Origin: Mya arenaria
Taxonomy: Eukaryota
Length of the DNA stretch: 64,000 nt
NCBI RefSeq assembly: GCF_026914265.1
Contig: NC_069127.1
Location: 1,809,682 to 1,873,681 of the forward strand
Direction: 5' to 3'
Below, piece by piece: positions 24,326 through 37,870 of this stretch. The number at the start of each line of letters is the position of its first letter. The stretch's first letter is position 1. The notes under the pieces were generated by a model, which was not told the origin of the DNA, searched no databases, and saw nothing but the letters and a program-made list of their open reading frames with translations. The position numbers were made by a program, and so were the translations under genes.

Positions 24326-27129
24326 ATCCGTGAGACATACACAATATATATAATATTCAAGACATGTGTAACTCGATATTGAAGTTAATGGCATAACAAC
24401 AGTCTTGTGCTAAGCCTTTGATATGTAATTTGAATAATATGCACAAACCGACCAGATAAACTGTACCGAAAGTAAAATACATCGGAAAAGAATGGTCAAA
24501 TGCATTGGCAAATGGCGACATATCGGTTCTCATTTCATATTTCCCATTTTATGCATCTCCCTTCCTTGTTTCTGTTGATGATCATCTGGCACTGTGTGTC
24601 AAATTGAAAAGCAATGGACAATGCGATTGGGATGTGTTTACCTCCTGTCTTAAAGTAATGTACATGCATGGTTAATACATTTACTTTATATGATTTCTGT
24701 CAGGGCTGCAATGTCATCATATTATATTGCTGCAATAAGATGGTGACGTCATTGTTTCCTGGTGATTATTTAGTAGCCACATCGCTGTAATGACACTGAT
24801 GCCCAGTGGGAATTCGGCTGTGAGTAGTGTTTAACGACACTGTTGCCAAGTAGCGATTTAGGATTAGGGTAATATTAGGGTAAGAGCTATTCCAACGACA
24901 CTTGGGCATATGGTTTAAGACACTGTTTTGTTCAAAATTGACAAATAATTATGGAATGCTGACATAAAAACACACACGAGAATATCATTTTTAGATGGTA
25001 GTTCTTTACTCAACAACACGAGTTTAGATGTGTTTTAACGTTGGTTATCAGTCAATTTAAAGATTTGAAAATCTTTTTAAAGCCTGCTGCCGCCACTGCT
25101 GCTGCTAATGATGATGTATCTTGTAGTATTTCTTTTATTTCATACCTGTAAAATACTACGGTTTGGTGTTTACTAAACATAACATAGAGTGAGGTGAAAT
25201 GGTGCAAGAACTAATTTCAGTTGAGAGGTTCTAGACAATAAAATGCAGATATTTACGAAGATTTTCACTGTTTGATGCAACTAAGGTTATTCTTGTTTGA
25301 TTTTTTTATAGACGAAACAGCTACAAATGTGATTGGCTTGTCCCCTTAGCAGCCTCAATTGCAACTCTCTGGTATCTCTCTTTTTTATTTTTATGAAAAA
25401 ATATTGGCAAACTGTTAAAAACAGCTTTAAGTAGATAGGTACGAATTATTAAAAAAGTAAGTGAAGTCCAATTAAAATGGCAACCGCCACGCAAATGCCT
25501 GAAAATGTGTGTCAGAAATGGAGGACTTCCTGTCAATAGCCTAAGGTAGGTTTATCGAATTGTTGGTTTAAAATAGCATTAAAAAAGGTATGAATATGAG
25601 AAATTATGTGTTAAAGTAATGAGTAACTACTAAATTCTATTTCTATGTTATTGTTGACAGGCTCGATGATTTTCTGTCAAATTATTTTGTGGGTAAAACA
25701 ACATATATTTTAGCAGCTTTTATCACATGAATTCACTTTTGACAACGTCAAATGAACTTAAACATTCTAATATTACATTGCTGACTTAAGGGATACAAAA
25801 AGTGTTCTTTACCGCAGACCCACTTTAATTCTTGGACAGCTTACGCTCATTCTAGTTAATACCATTTCTTGTTTGTTGTTAAGCTTTTACATGATATCAA
25901 CAAAGAAATTATACCGTGATTATTATATCGTTATAACTTATTTTAGGATATATAACTAATCTTTCAAAATGCCTATCGGAAGTTTTCAGTTCGTAAATAT
26001 CAAATGCATGCAGATAATCAATCATTTGATCGCTTAACTCGGCTGTTATTGCAATCCGTCTTCGTGCGCGCCGCTTACTTCAAATTATTTTTATATATTC
26101 TCATGTTTAATGGTTTCTGTATGATAGTGATACTTCAATTGGCATACTGTATTGCAGAATAGGTATGCATGCACAGAAATAACACAAACAACGCAAGTAA
26201 ACTGTAAATTTAAGCACATGTGTTAATGCTATCGGAAATGAATTAAAATAATAATTATCTAATCACATTCATATCATATCATATCAATATTTGCAGAAAA
26301 ACTGTATTAATGACATACACGAATAAATACAACGACCCAGTAAATTAACATTTTACTGACCGTTCCAAGCCGGTACCTAACAATCCTTGATAAACATACC
26401 ATGTTTTTTATATAGTATGTATGCACTGTGCTGTTTGTGGAGTTTTATGCTGTTGTTCTATGTTTCTTGTTTGTGTTTTTGTTTGTTTTTGTGTTATATG
26501 TCTTTGGCGTTTACCCTGTCCCATTAAACCGGGTCGATGTTTAAACGTTCTGCTACTGAGCTTGTTTCTGTAGTTTTTCACACAAGTATCAATGAATAAT
26601 TTGAAATTGATAGTTCTTATACAATGCACTCTATGGCAGCCCAAAATAACAAAGGCCGTGTTTTAAAGACACAGGGTTGATGCCTGACAATAACTGAGCT
26701 AGAAAACACTAGGGTGCACAACAAAAACAGACCGACTAGACAAAAGACATACATCATCAAATACCTCTTCATTATTGATAATACCAGTCGTAATTTTGAC
26801 ACTGAGGACGCTGCAGGTGCGACGAATGTACTTAACAGATCTGTAAATGCAGAGATATTTATCAGAGATAGGTGGTCATTAGTTGAAGAAAAGGTGGAAC
26901 ATTTGAGAGATTCCTTTCGCTTTTCGATCAACAAAACTGTAACAAGAAAGAGTGGAAAAATGTTTTTGAAATTGGTTTGATTTGGGCACTTGAAGGGCAA
27001 TAATTGTTTTGATGATCGGTCAAAGCTTCTCGAACTGAAGCGTGAAAAATTTAGTGTGCCGCTCGCCGCCACCGCCTTCTACCGACTTCCACCCACGCCT
27101 AAGCAGATTAATCCACAATAAGTCACAAT

Positions 27130-27350
27130 TTATAAAATCATTATAATATTAATGATAATAATAACAATACTAGCAATAAAAGCAGTAATAATAACAATAA
27201 TTATAATAATATGTTTAATTCAAATATCTTATTCTAATTCAAGCAGTAAAAAAATATGATAAAAATGGCAATAATAAAAATGGCAATAATAAAAATGGCA
27301 AAAAAAATAAAAAAAAAATAAAAAAAATAATAAAAAAAGAATAAGAGTAA
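27130..27350. repeat. A-rich low-complexity region with imperfect short tandem repeats
   Basis: (aataat/aataac)n and aaaaatggcaataat x3, ending in a poly-A-rich run. Confidence 0.8.
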
Positions 27351-30167
27351 GAATGTCCTAGAAATAGCTATCTAGGACGCACCTTTTGTTCTTATATGTA
27401 AAAAATAAACATCCGTTGTACGTGCTCATTTATAAAGACATGAAAACCTAAAAGTGAAATCAACGCTTGAAACATTACACTCTGATAATTGGAAGACGCT
27501 GCAGGAATGAACAATAATTATAACAATCATTAAGTCCCATCTCAAATTATTTCTAAATATGGAAGTTTATAATTCCATAAAATCATTTTCTAAATATTCT
27601 AAATACATCGTATTAGCTTTAATTAAAGAACATCAAAGCAATCTTTAAAATTAAGATATTTTATTATTCACGGTGCGATCTTAAATCAATGGATTATGTT
27701 ATTCCGGATTGTTAATTAGTAAAATTGTAGCGTAACAACTCCCACAACTCAACTCAACTCAAGTTCCACTGGATTAACTAGACTTATAATTAACAACGCG
27801 TTCTAAATCCATATTTTATTAACGTTTACAATTTTAAAATATTTTTTTTTACAAAATGTGAGTTACGAGAGACCTGAGAAACTTCGTCTGCTCCCCGAGA
27901 AACAACCTGAAACTACATTAGAATCATTCTGTCTTAATACAAGAATATTCCGTAAATGTGGGCCATGCTAGTCAGTTTTGATGTCCCATAGTGTAAATCT
28001 TTTGGACAGGATGTTTACTAAATCTACGTTTACGAAGTGTTTTTCATTCCGTTTGATTTTGAAGCATGTTTGAACTCACTGAGAGGTATATTTACTTTTA
28101 TCATATTTGCTATTTTGACAATCTTTGCCTTCTGTCAAATCATGCTTCTGTTGTATTTACAATACTGTGAAATCATTAATGTTCGTGGGCATGAAATTTC
28201 GTGGTTTGCCGAAAAAATTGGGTACTTGAATTCGTGGATTTTCATTTAAAAAAAAAAATCGAAGATGCGATCGGCCTAGATCGTCTGCATTATATCCACG
28301 CGCTGGCCCGTGATTTCCGTCTTCTACGTCACTCGGTTTATGACACTCGCTATTGTGGTACGACAAATACCCAAGTCACTTATCGATTTAATTGGGAATA
28401 AAGGTAATAAAGGAAGATGGTACATCTTCCTTAACTGATCATAAATACAGATAGGGGAAGCCATTGAATGCCAATTAAGAATTTTGCAAACTGTGAAAAC
28501 ACCAAAAAGGTGCGTATATTGTCACGTTCGGTGCTTAGTAACCTTCAATGTACTAGTAATCGATTAATTATTTCATTAAATAAAAAAATCGAGTATGGAC
28601 ACTCATCACGCACATCTTGTAAACTTGGAGATTTTCATTAACAGCACACGTTTAACCACGTGCTTATAACTGTCATTTGCTGCATAAAACACATTTAATT
28701 GATTTGGTTCATTATTTGTTAAAGGCAGTTATAATATATTAACTGAATAATGAAGTTATACAGTGAGACAGGTTTTAACACTGTATACTGCGACCTCTGT
28801 AAAGAATATATACTAGAGTATGTACGTAACAAGGCAATTGAAAAAGTGAATAAAGGGTTTATATTTCGTGGGATCTTGAATTCGTGGATCACCCAACCCA
28901 CGAAAACCACGAACATTAATGCCCCACGAACATTAATGATTTCACAGTAATATATGACGATAAAAAACTTTGTTCGATGTGCGATATTTTGAAAAATAAA
29001 TGTTTAGTAAATTTTGAATATTTGTTTTCTTTATTTTACTAATTTATGAACTTAACGTTTCCACATAAATGTCCATAACTCGCTGGCGACAGAATTCTAT
29101 TACAGTGATAGATTCTTTGAGCTTATGTGAACTGCACATGACTGCGTTACCGGAATTTTAAACAAGTCAGTTAACACACCGTCATTGATGTCCAATGCAT
29201 TGAAACTGTCTCAGACGCATAGTTCTCAAAGCACTATCTAATGTTTACCCCAAAATCGACAGTATACCAAGTACATACATTTTATGAGAGACAATCGACG
29301 AACAAACAGCACAGACAGACCACAGGATCAAATGTTTCGCTAATACCGATTGGGTCTACTGTCGGTATATAACTAGCTGTATCTTAATGGAAACATAATT
29401 TATATTTGCGTGTGCTTCATTGGGCGAATCGTACATGGACTATATAAATAGTGTTGTTATGAAGCGGCACCCAAATTACTAACTCTGACAGTATATAGAA
29501 AAACACAACCGAAATTCTAAAAATGGTATTTAACATGGCATATATATATATTTAAAAGAGAGTCCGAAAGACTCATGTGCTTTGTTCAGTTCATTTCCTG
29601 ATGACGTCATTTTGACATTAAAAGAGACAAACTATAGATTGCTGCATTGTTGAACTCAAACTTGGTTAAACGAAATTTTCTGATTCTCTTCGATCGTTTT
29701 TAACTGAACATTTTGATTAAAAGTTAACTAACTTTTTCCCCACTGGACATATTTGATAGTGACACTATTTTTTATTTCTAGTCGAGAAATCTCTTAACGT
29801 GTGTGAGTTGGTCTGCAGAAAGCTAGCTTATGGTAACCGCAACCCTCAACGCCCAAACTATTGTTAAATAATATCTGAATGCATACGTGTAACATCACAT
29901 AGTCTAATGTATGAACTATTTTTCTTGCTGGGTTAATACGATTTAGGTTCAAACCAATAAGTCGACAAAATTGTTGTCTTCCGCAATGCTGCAATTCCAA
30001 TCGGAATAATCCTGGAAGATGTTTCATTTAATTCAGTTCTATAAACACTCACGCACATTTGACGGATATTATGGCGTGCTCGTTCTAAATAACGATACCA
30101 TAAAATTTTATTTTGCGGTTAAAACTTTGGTAAAAGACGCTGAAATTATCAATTGATCAGTCTCTAT

Positions 30168-30752
30168 AATGTCCTTGACCTAGACCTAGGAGCGTCTCAT
30201 TTATCTAAATATAGAAGATTCTCATTGACTTTGTTCTAGAAGAGTATGATTGTGCTAAATTTAGCAGCGTGTTTCATTAATCTAGATCTAGAAGCGTCTC
30301 ATAAATCTAGATCTAGAAGCGTCTTATTGATCTAGTTCTAGAAGCGTCTCATTGATCTAGATCTAGAAGCGCCTCATTGATCTAGATCTAGAAGAGTCTG
30401 ATTGATCTAGATCTAAAAGCGTCTCATTGATCTAGATCTAGAAGCGTCTCATAAATCTAGACATAGAAGCGTCTTATTGATCTAGTTCTAGAAGCGTCTT
30501 ATTGATCTAGATCTAGAAGCGCCTCATTGATTTAGATCTTGAAGAGTTTGACTGATCTAGATCTTGAAGCGTCTCATTGATCTAGATCTAGAAGCGTCTC
30601 ATTGATCTAAATATAGCAGCGTCTCATTGATCTAGATCGAGAAGCGTCTCATTGATCTAGAACTAGAAGCGTCTTATTATCTAGATCTAGATATAGCAGC
30701 GTGTCCCATTGTTCTAAATATTGAAGCGTGTCATTGATCGAGACCTAGAATT
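30168..30752. repeat. 25-bp minisatellite, about 23 units, unit TCTAGATCTAGAAGCGTCTCATTGA (contains the perfect palindrome TCTAGATCTAGA)
   Basis: Head-to-tail units with point variants (gcgcctc, gagtctg, agcagcg). The ends decay into cctagacctaggagcg and gatcgagacctagaattgg. Confidence 0.9.
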
Positions 30753-31299
30753 GGTTGCAAGTTTTGCTTCTGATTGTTGAGTTAGGCCAAATTGTTTCTA
30801 CTTGATATCATGAAAATAACCAGAAATATAGTATTTATGTCTAATCGAAGCCAATGTTTCAGAATGGGGGATGAAACCAAAATCGATCAGGAAGCAGTTA
30901 CACGTTTAAATGCGAGGTCTGTCAGATGGATAATCAGATAGCGTCCCCTCCATAGGGGACTTTCTTTTTTTCAATATTTATATGAAAATCCCAAGCCCAT
31001 TATACGTTTACACTCTTTTAAAAAGATGGAATTGGTCAGAAGACGGACCAATGCACATTGTTTAACAATTTACCATGACGGTCGAATATAATGCTCACGA
31101 GGGCTATTTATGTATTTTTCTTTTCGTTTACGAAACAAAGTGTATACATACTTACACGCAATTTAAAACAGTCTTGAACGTGTGTAATAATATTCACATT
31201 TTCATCCAAAAAAGGAGTTTCATTTTGCTCGATAGTGAACTATTAACTTATATTAGTTAAATATCAGCAACGATAAAAAAATCAAATTGAGATTACCTA

Positions 31300-32100
31300 C
31301 TTTCCTTGGATTAATCGTACGATGTTCTAAGCGGGCATCTAATGTAAAAATTATATTTGGAGATTAACCCTTTATTCTTGATATTTGTTTTTGTTTTTCT
31401 GTCTATGGACAAGCGGTTTATATTTACGTTCCTTGGATCTCTGGCACAACACGCCATCAATACAATAATTAGACAATGTATGTGTTTTGTTAACTATACT
31501 CTTAAGTTATTCCTTTGAGGTTCGGCATGATATTTTTTCTTATGTAAATTAGAAATATCTGTTGATTTTAGTGTTAAGGGCGTATTTCATAACACGAGCG
31601 GTAAAACAATAAGATCTTACATCAATAAACTGTCTGCCTAACTCATGCTTATTTTCTGAGATTTCCTGATATATTTGTTTGACTTGGCTAAAGTTGCGCG
31701 GAGAGCCCCCAACTTACACCGTAAGAGACCCTGACAGAATAGTTCTACAATAATGTTAATGGTATTTCATGAAATCTTGTTTCATTTCGAACATAATATA
31801 GAAAATATTGAACTGAATACAAATACGTCACTATTTAATTTAAAAAAGCAACTCCTTGCAAAAAACCTATAAATATGATTTATATGCTACTTTTGAAAGA
31901 AATGTTAAATCGAGGCGGCTGCATATTGAAATGGTGAGATCATTAAGAGGTATATTAGAAAGCGAAAACAGCTTTCGCAAAGAATGCTAAGATTGCATGC
32001 ATAACCCGAAAGTATTTCGAGGCAGTTATTATAAATGACTGAACTAAGGAAGTTCATACATCAATTTTAATGACCGAAGGATCGAAAGACAACTTTGTTT
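31300..32100. repeat. Diverged copy of a dispersed repeat also present at 34300-35130 and 59790-60400
   Basis: Shared ttc.ttggatct.tgg.acaa.a, gttcggcatg, aagggcgtattcat, gcatttcgaggcagttattataa.tgact.aact at about 70% identity. Confidence 0.55.
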
Positions 32101-33581
32101 TACCATAAAAGCACTGACAGCCTTGTGAAACTAAGTAAAATAGCTATAATGCTGGCGCAAAAAGTGCTCTACTTAAAATGCTTTTGAGTTTTAATTCATA
32201 GTCTTGAAATTTTACAGCTTTATTTTAGACTGCTAATGGAATGCAGCAGCCTTTCCTGTCAAAAAGAGGACACCTATATGCATATTTGTCAAGTGGGATG
32301 TTCAACGTACTGTCTTCATGACTTGAGTGTACACAACTTTCATAGCGTTTACAAAATTGCTGTTCATTGAAATGACTACATCAATAGTTCGCCATTATGC
32401 CCATAATTATTTCTATACTAAGAATATTTTATTAAGGAATGTTACATGTATTATACAAACCACGCATTTTGAACTCTCATTGCAAAACAATTAACTTTGT
32501 TAAAAACCGGTAAACTTTTAAAACATGTTTTTCTGTGCATTGTTGTTCGAACATATTTTTGTGCAAATGGCAATCGAGGATTTGCCCTATTTACTGTAGC
32601 TCCATATCATGTATAGCAGATTTGACGTTGAATACAAACAATTTTATTCGTAGAGAGCGTTTTGTCGATTTACATGATTTGGTAAAGTCGTCTATTTTTC
32701 ATAAATCGCTCTGTTCTCTGTGAATGCTTGAAGTAACTATGATTGACAGTAAAGGGTGTGTCTGTCTAGAGGCAGCTGAAGCTTACTTGATGAACCCGAA
32801 TTGGAAATATGTAATCAGCTATCAAATCGTATTGACATCTATTCAGTGCACAAAAAAATTATTTCCCTGACAGTTTGTTGATCATTATGAATAAATAAAC
32901 TTAACGAGGTCCTCCCAGTTAAGTTCTGTACTATTCAAACATACCAAGGTCACTCTAATAACCTAAACGAAAAGAATTATAAATGTTCATGTTTCGGTGC
33001 TTTTTCATTTTTGTTCAAACATTAATCCATGTTATTTGCTTTTACAGCATATTTACAAAGCCGCGACAATTTACCACCGCCCGACATTCATTTAATGAAC
33101 TATATTCACGTAAATCATACAGTCTCAGTGGTTATACAAAACAGATGAATTATGTGAGACTGAATGTTCGAGACACACGTGTTGTTCGTGTTCTCATATA
33201 TTTTCCGCATTTATATACTAGTATACGGAAATGAATCTTATCATTTTATAATTTGTTTTATACAACTTACCTGCTCATATACTAGTTATCCTTAAATCGT
33301 AAATGAACATATGATATTCTATATCTGATTTTCAACTAGGTGAAATATGACACCATAACAGATTTAAAAAACCCCCATCAAAATGCGATGCGACATTGCC
33401 TGAACAACATGTAGGTTGTATTCTAAAATCATGTTGATTTTAAAAACGACAATATTTGTTAATTGCTGCGTTGTTTAGTAGTTTAAGTCTGAATAAATAC
33501 TTGCCCTATTCCTGCGTTCTACTAAATGGAAAAAGGATATAATTTGTTAATTGCTATTATATAATGCGTTAAGAAACAAAG

Positions 33582-36500
33582 GTCGATTATTCTAGGTCTC
33601 TCTGTGTTGTCTTTATTACAGAAACCAAGCTTTTATGTATTCTTGGTTGTCTGGAACAAAATACCTCAACAGTGAATTTAGCGAAGCGATTTAACATATC
33701 TCTGTTATCTATCAAGACTCTGTAGGTGTTAATTTACTAATTTCAAAGTTATGCCTTTATGTTAGACGATAATCAGCATCACTATACGTACATTGCTTTG
33801 ATATTCTGCATGTTTTGGTAAATGCTTGTTAAATGATTATTGTATTTGCTTTTATTCATGAAAATACACATATCGATGTACCATTTTCAAAAATGCATAG
33901 CCGTTATAATTGCGTAACACAATAAGTATCAACGTTTAGGTTGCCACGACGAAAATGACCAGATTTTGTTTTAAAACGAGATACAAAATGTGCAGTCATT
34001 ATATTTGTTATAGTTCGCCTGTATATTACCTGCAATTAATTATATTTTTTGCTAGAAACTTTCGTATATAAATACTCATTGAATAAATTGTTTTATTTGA
34101 CATTGAGAATATAACCACAGACGTAATATGTATGTCTAACGGACGTCCTGTGTGATCTGTTTCAATATTCAGGATGAAAGAAAAGACATGTAATTGACGC
34201 ATTTCTTCTGCAAGCCTTTGATAATAGGACAACTGCAGGTGCTTCTTTATTAAAAGAAGTTCCCTTGGATAAATATAAACTTCTGTCAAAGTCGGCGTCT
34301 GCAACGAAATTGATTATGTTAAGTTAATGATTAGAGGTTAGCCCTTCACCCGCTGTTAATGATTGTTTTCCTTTCTATGGGAACTCAACTTTTATTTATT
34401 TTTCTTGGATCTATGGAACAAAAATGTTATTAGCAAAGTAATTAACTATTACCTGTTTTATCTGTTAGACAATGAAGGTGTAATGTTCTCTGTTTTCTAA
34501 ATTAGTCCTGTCAGGTTCGGCATGTTTTATGCTGCAGTTAATTAGATAAATGTACTGGGGTATTTGTTGATGTCATTGAAAGGGCGTATTCCATTTTACA
34601 AGCGATCATAAAAATAATATATTCTCTGTCATCAAGAAATGGCCTAATTAATTAAAAAAATCTGAGATTTATTGATATAATATTTAAATATTTTTGCCAA
34701 AAGACGAGCCAATGACAAAATACTTTTGAAATATTGTTATTTGTGTTTGTTTTTATTTAATGCGATAAATCGCTGTTTAATTTTCGAATGTGAATTCCTA
34801 ACAGACAAATCTAGCCCCTTTTTCATTATACATGTAATATGCATTCACATGTGTTATGACGTTTGTCATTTGCAATTGTGCTAGACAGATTTTATTTGTT
34901 GTTTCTTCCTGCTGTGGTAGTTTCTCTCAGTTAATATATCTATATTTTACATTTGAAAGAGTCTTCATATTCTAAGCGTGAGATCTCTCAAAGGTAGATT
35001 AGAAAGTGTAAAAAGCTTTGTTCAAGGATACTTATATCAGATTAACCACAAGAAAGCATTTCGAGGCAGTTATTATAATTGACTAAACTGTAGAAGTAAA
35101 TATATCAATTCTAGTTACAGGAGTCTCGACAGACAGCTGTGTGTGGCAATAATATCATTGACGGCATAATTTGAGAACGTTGAATAGCTTTAAGTCTAAT
35201 GCTACAGCTATTCACGTTCTAAATCATAATAACTGCCTCGAAATACTTTCTGGTGGTAAATGCTATATTAACAACTTGAAGAAAACTCGATAATTTTTTT
35301 TGTAGTGACCTTGATTGGCAATCGCTATCTGAAAGGAGATGCAACCAGAAACTTCTTTTTTCGTTAAAGTGCAAAACAATCCGCGTCCATCATGCCTTCG
35401 AAATCTGATTCCTATCTGTCCACAACAATCTAGATATTGTTTTTGAAAATTCGACAGATATTGCTATTCTACATTGTATTACGGCGCTGTATCATCTTTC
35501 ATCATCTTTAAGGACATTGAACTCACTTTCACTACTCTACGGTGGGCAGAATCAGTAAAACAATTCCAAAGATTACTTCACAAAACACCTACAATTCCAA
35601 CGCATTTCTATAATAGCCCTACTAGGCATCTACAGATTACTCATGACAGGTTCAATTTGGGCTTTATTTCATTGAATAATGATCTTTTTGTATGAATTTC
35701 GTTCATTCGCAAGCACGTCTCTGTGGAGAAGTAGAATCTGCTCGCCACGTCATGTTATCCTGCCCGCTATTAAGCATTCAAAGAATACATATGCTAACAG
35801 CAATATACTCATTAGTTCGGAGTAACTATCATTTTGGGTTTAATCTTGATTAATGAGGTTGACTTTTCGGAATCTATATATTCATTAAATGTATAAACCT
35901 ACATAGATTATACTAAAATGATCCACTGACTTCATTTTGCGTTGTCTAATAGTTATGACTATTTACATTATTTGTCTAATGTAAGATAGATACATGACGA
36001 TTGTCTTTGAGTTATACATGCAATATTATGCATGTTGTATTCTGCATATATTTGCCATACCTAAACATTTCAGCAAATCACGTCATGAATATTTTCTGTC
36101 ATATTCCTTGACACTTGCAGTAAATTTCTCCAGGCATTTTTATCCGTTCCACTATATGTATGCATATCACGTATTTTTGATATATATGTTTTGAAATATG
36201 TTTAAAATAAATCAAGTGTACTATCCAAAGACGAACTTCCGTCTTAAAACGACAAAGAAACCGACTGCCACAATCAGCCGTTCTGTGTTTACTTAAACGT
36301 ATCACTTAGAAATAACTACTGCCGGGGTCACACCCACAATGCATACATATACATGTATGTACTGTTTGCCTTAGATCGCTTTGATCGACCAATTCAATCG
36401 AAGCTCAGAATTACACTAACATAAACGGCGCAATGACACACGAAACTTTTGACAGCATTGACAGCCGCTACTGGAGTAGTTCAAATTGACCGTCACATCG

Positions 36501-37870
36501 ATGCAAAGCGGCGTTTGTTGTTCAAATGACTGATGAAAGTTTCCTGAAGTGTATTTGCAATCAATAGTAAAAGTTGTAATATGATATGGACGATTTTCTT
36601 GCTTCCATACTGGTTCAATCTGTGATCATGCTTCCATTTTATTTCGAACATTTACAGTAATAACATGTTTTCTTTTACATTACAAATGAACCTTGAAGGC
36701 TAAAATACAGAACGTCTCCTGTATTCAATTGATAGCGGCCAAATATCAAATGCAATTACAGTGTAACTTATATAAAATCAACTTATATTGTACAAAAAAG
36801 GTCATAAAGTATATGTCCTGCATATTCAATCAGTTTAATATCATGTTATACAATCAAGAAACATTACTCGTTACACTTTTCTAATTAACTTGCACCGAGA
36901 AACACGTGTTTTACATTCCTTCGTGGATTCGTCAGGTATTCGGAGGTTGGCACGTGCTTTTGACATCAGTGATACAATACTTGGATTCCCTGTTCTCTTT
37001 CAGAATTTTTTTTTAAATACTTAAATGCATTATGTAACACTAATTGGCAAATACAACAGTCTAATCTCAAATGTAACGTGAACACACTTCATTAAATGTC
37101 AACATGGAAGTAATATTTCTCTGCGTCACGGCGTCAATTAACAGTATCGCATATTCTGTATGAGGCAGTGTTCAAAAGTAGTTTGCTCTGTTAAATATTT
37201 TTCGCAAATTAAAAAGTAAACCTCTACAACATTACATGGTTCAAACTTTTTAATAAAAAAAGAATGACATATTTCTTAGAATCAATAGCATACAAGTAGT
37301 TATAAACTCTATCCCCCCTTGAAATGTGTTCGGCTTTTAGTGCAAACAAAACACGTCCATTAAAGTTTAAGCAATCTTGGTAAATCATTGTTTCGACATT
37401 TTAAAACAATTTGAGCAAAATGCCAGACAAATATCTTTTAACCGGATAATTTTTTATTTCTCCATCCTGCCATGGTAGGCATAATAATTGGATTTAGTTT
37501 TGTAAAAAGATGATTCACACATACTTGTGCAGTTTCTGTGAAAATTGTAACATGATTTAGAAGTTTGTCAAATGTTTATTGATTGCTAATAAGAAAGATG
37601 AGTAAGCCCACTCACATTGGATTATATCCCATAAATGGATACTCCTATTCTACTAACAAATTATCAACTGATGTGTGAGTTTGGTAAGTAGGAAATGACT
37701 CGCATCCGTTTTGTCTGAACAAAGCAGCGTTAACATTTTAGCCCCCAGTGCTTCGTCTTCATTGACAACATTGTCATTTTCGGGTCGCCAAATTAGCCGG
37801 ATATCTCATCGACTTGACGAAGAAGATTGCCGTGGATACTGGCTTGCAAAGAAGCGTTTAACAATCTAAA
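33582..37870. repeat. Dispersed segmental duplication, copy A (about 4.3 kb). Copy B is 58944-62190 (about 3.25 kb)
   Basis: Collinear at about 90-95% identity from aaacaaaggtcgatt.ttcta to gcgt.taacaatctaaaa. Copy A carries about 1.37 kb (34926-36295) that copy B lacks. Copy B carries a roughly 35-bp segment (tttcgtcctcaaaggcaagactttgcaaaagg) that copy A lacks. Confidence 0.85.

Noticed and set aside
26617-27072. 151-aa minus ORF (MAASGTLNFSRF...) with an overlapping 88-aa plus ORF
   Set aside because: It is low-complexity and hydrophobic with no recognisable domain. The apparent start is GTG in a GC-rich run. It is possibly a 5' exon or UTR, but there is insufficient evidence to call a CDS.
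33582-37870. The 3.3-4.3 kb duplicated segment as a Helitron or other defined transposon
   Set aside because: The ends (aaacaaaggtcgatt ... caatctaaaa) lack 5'-TC/CTRR-3' Helitron termini, terminal repeats or TSDs. With only two copies in the window, segmental duplication is the simpler reading.
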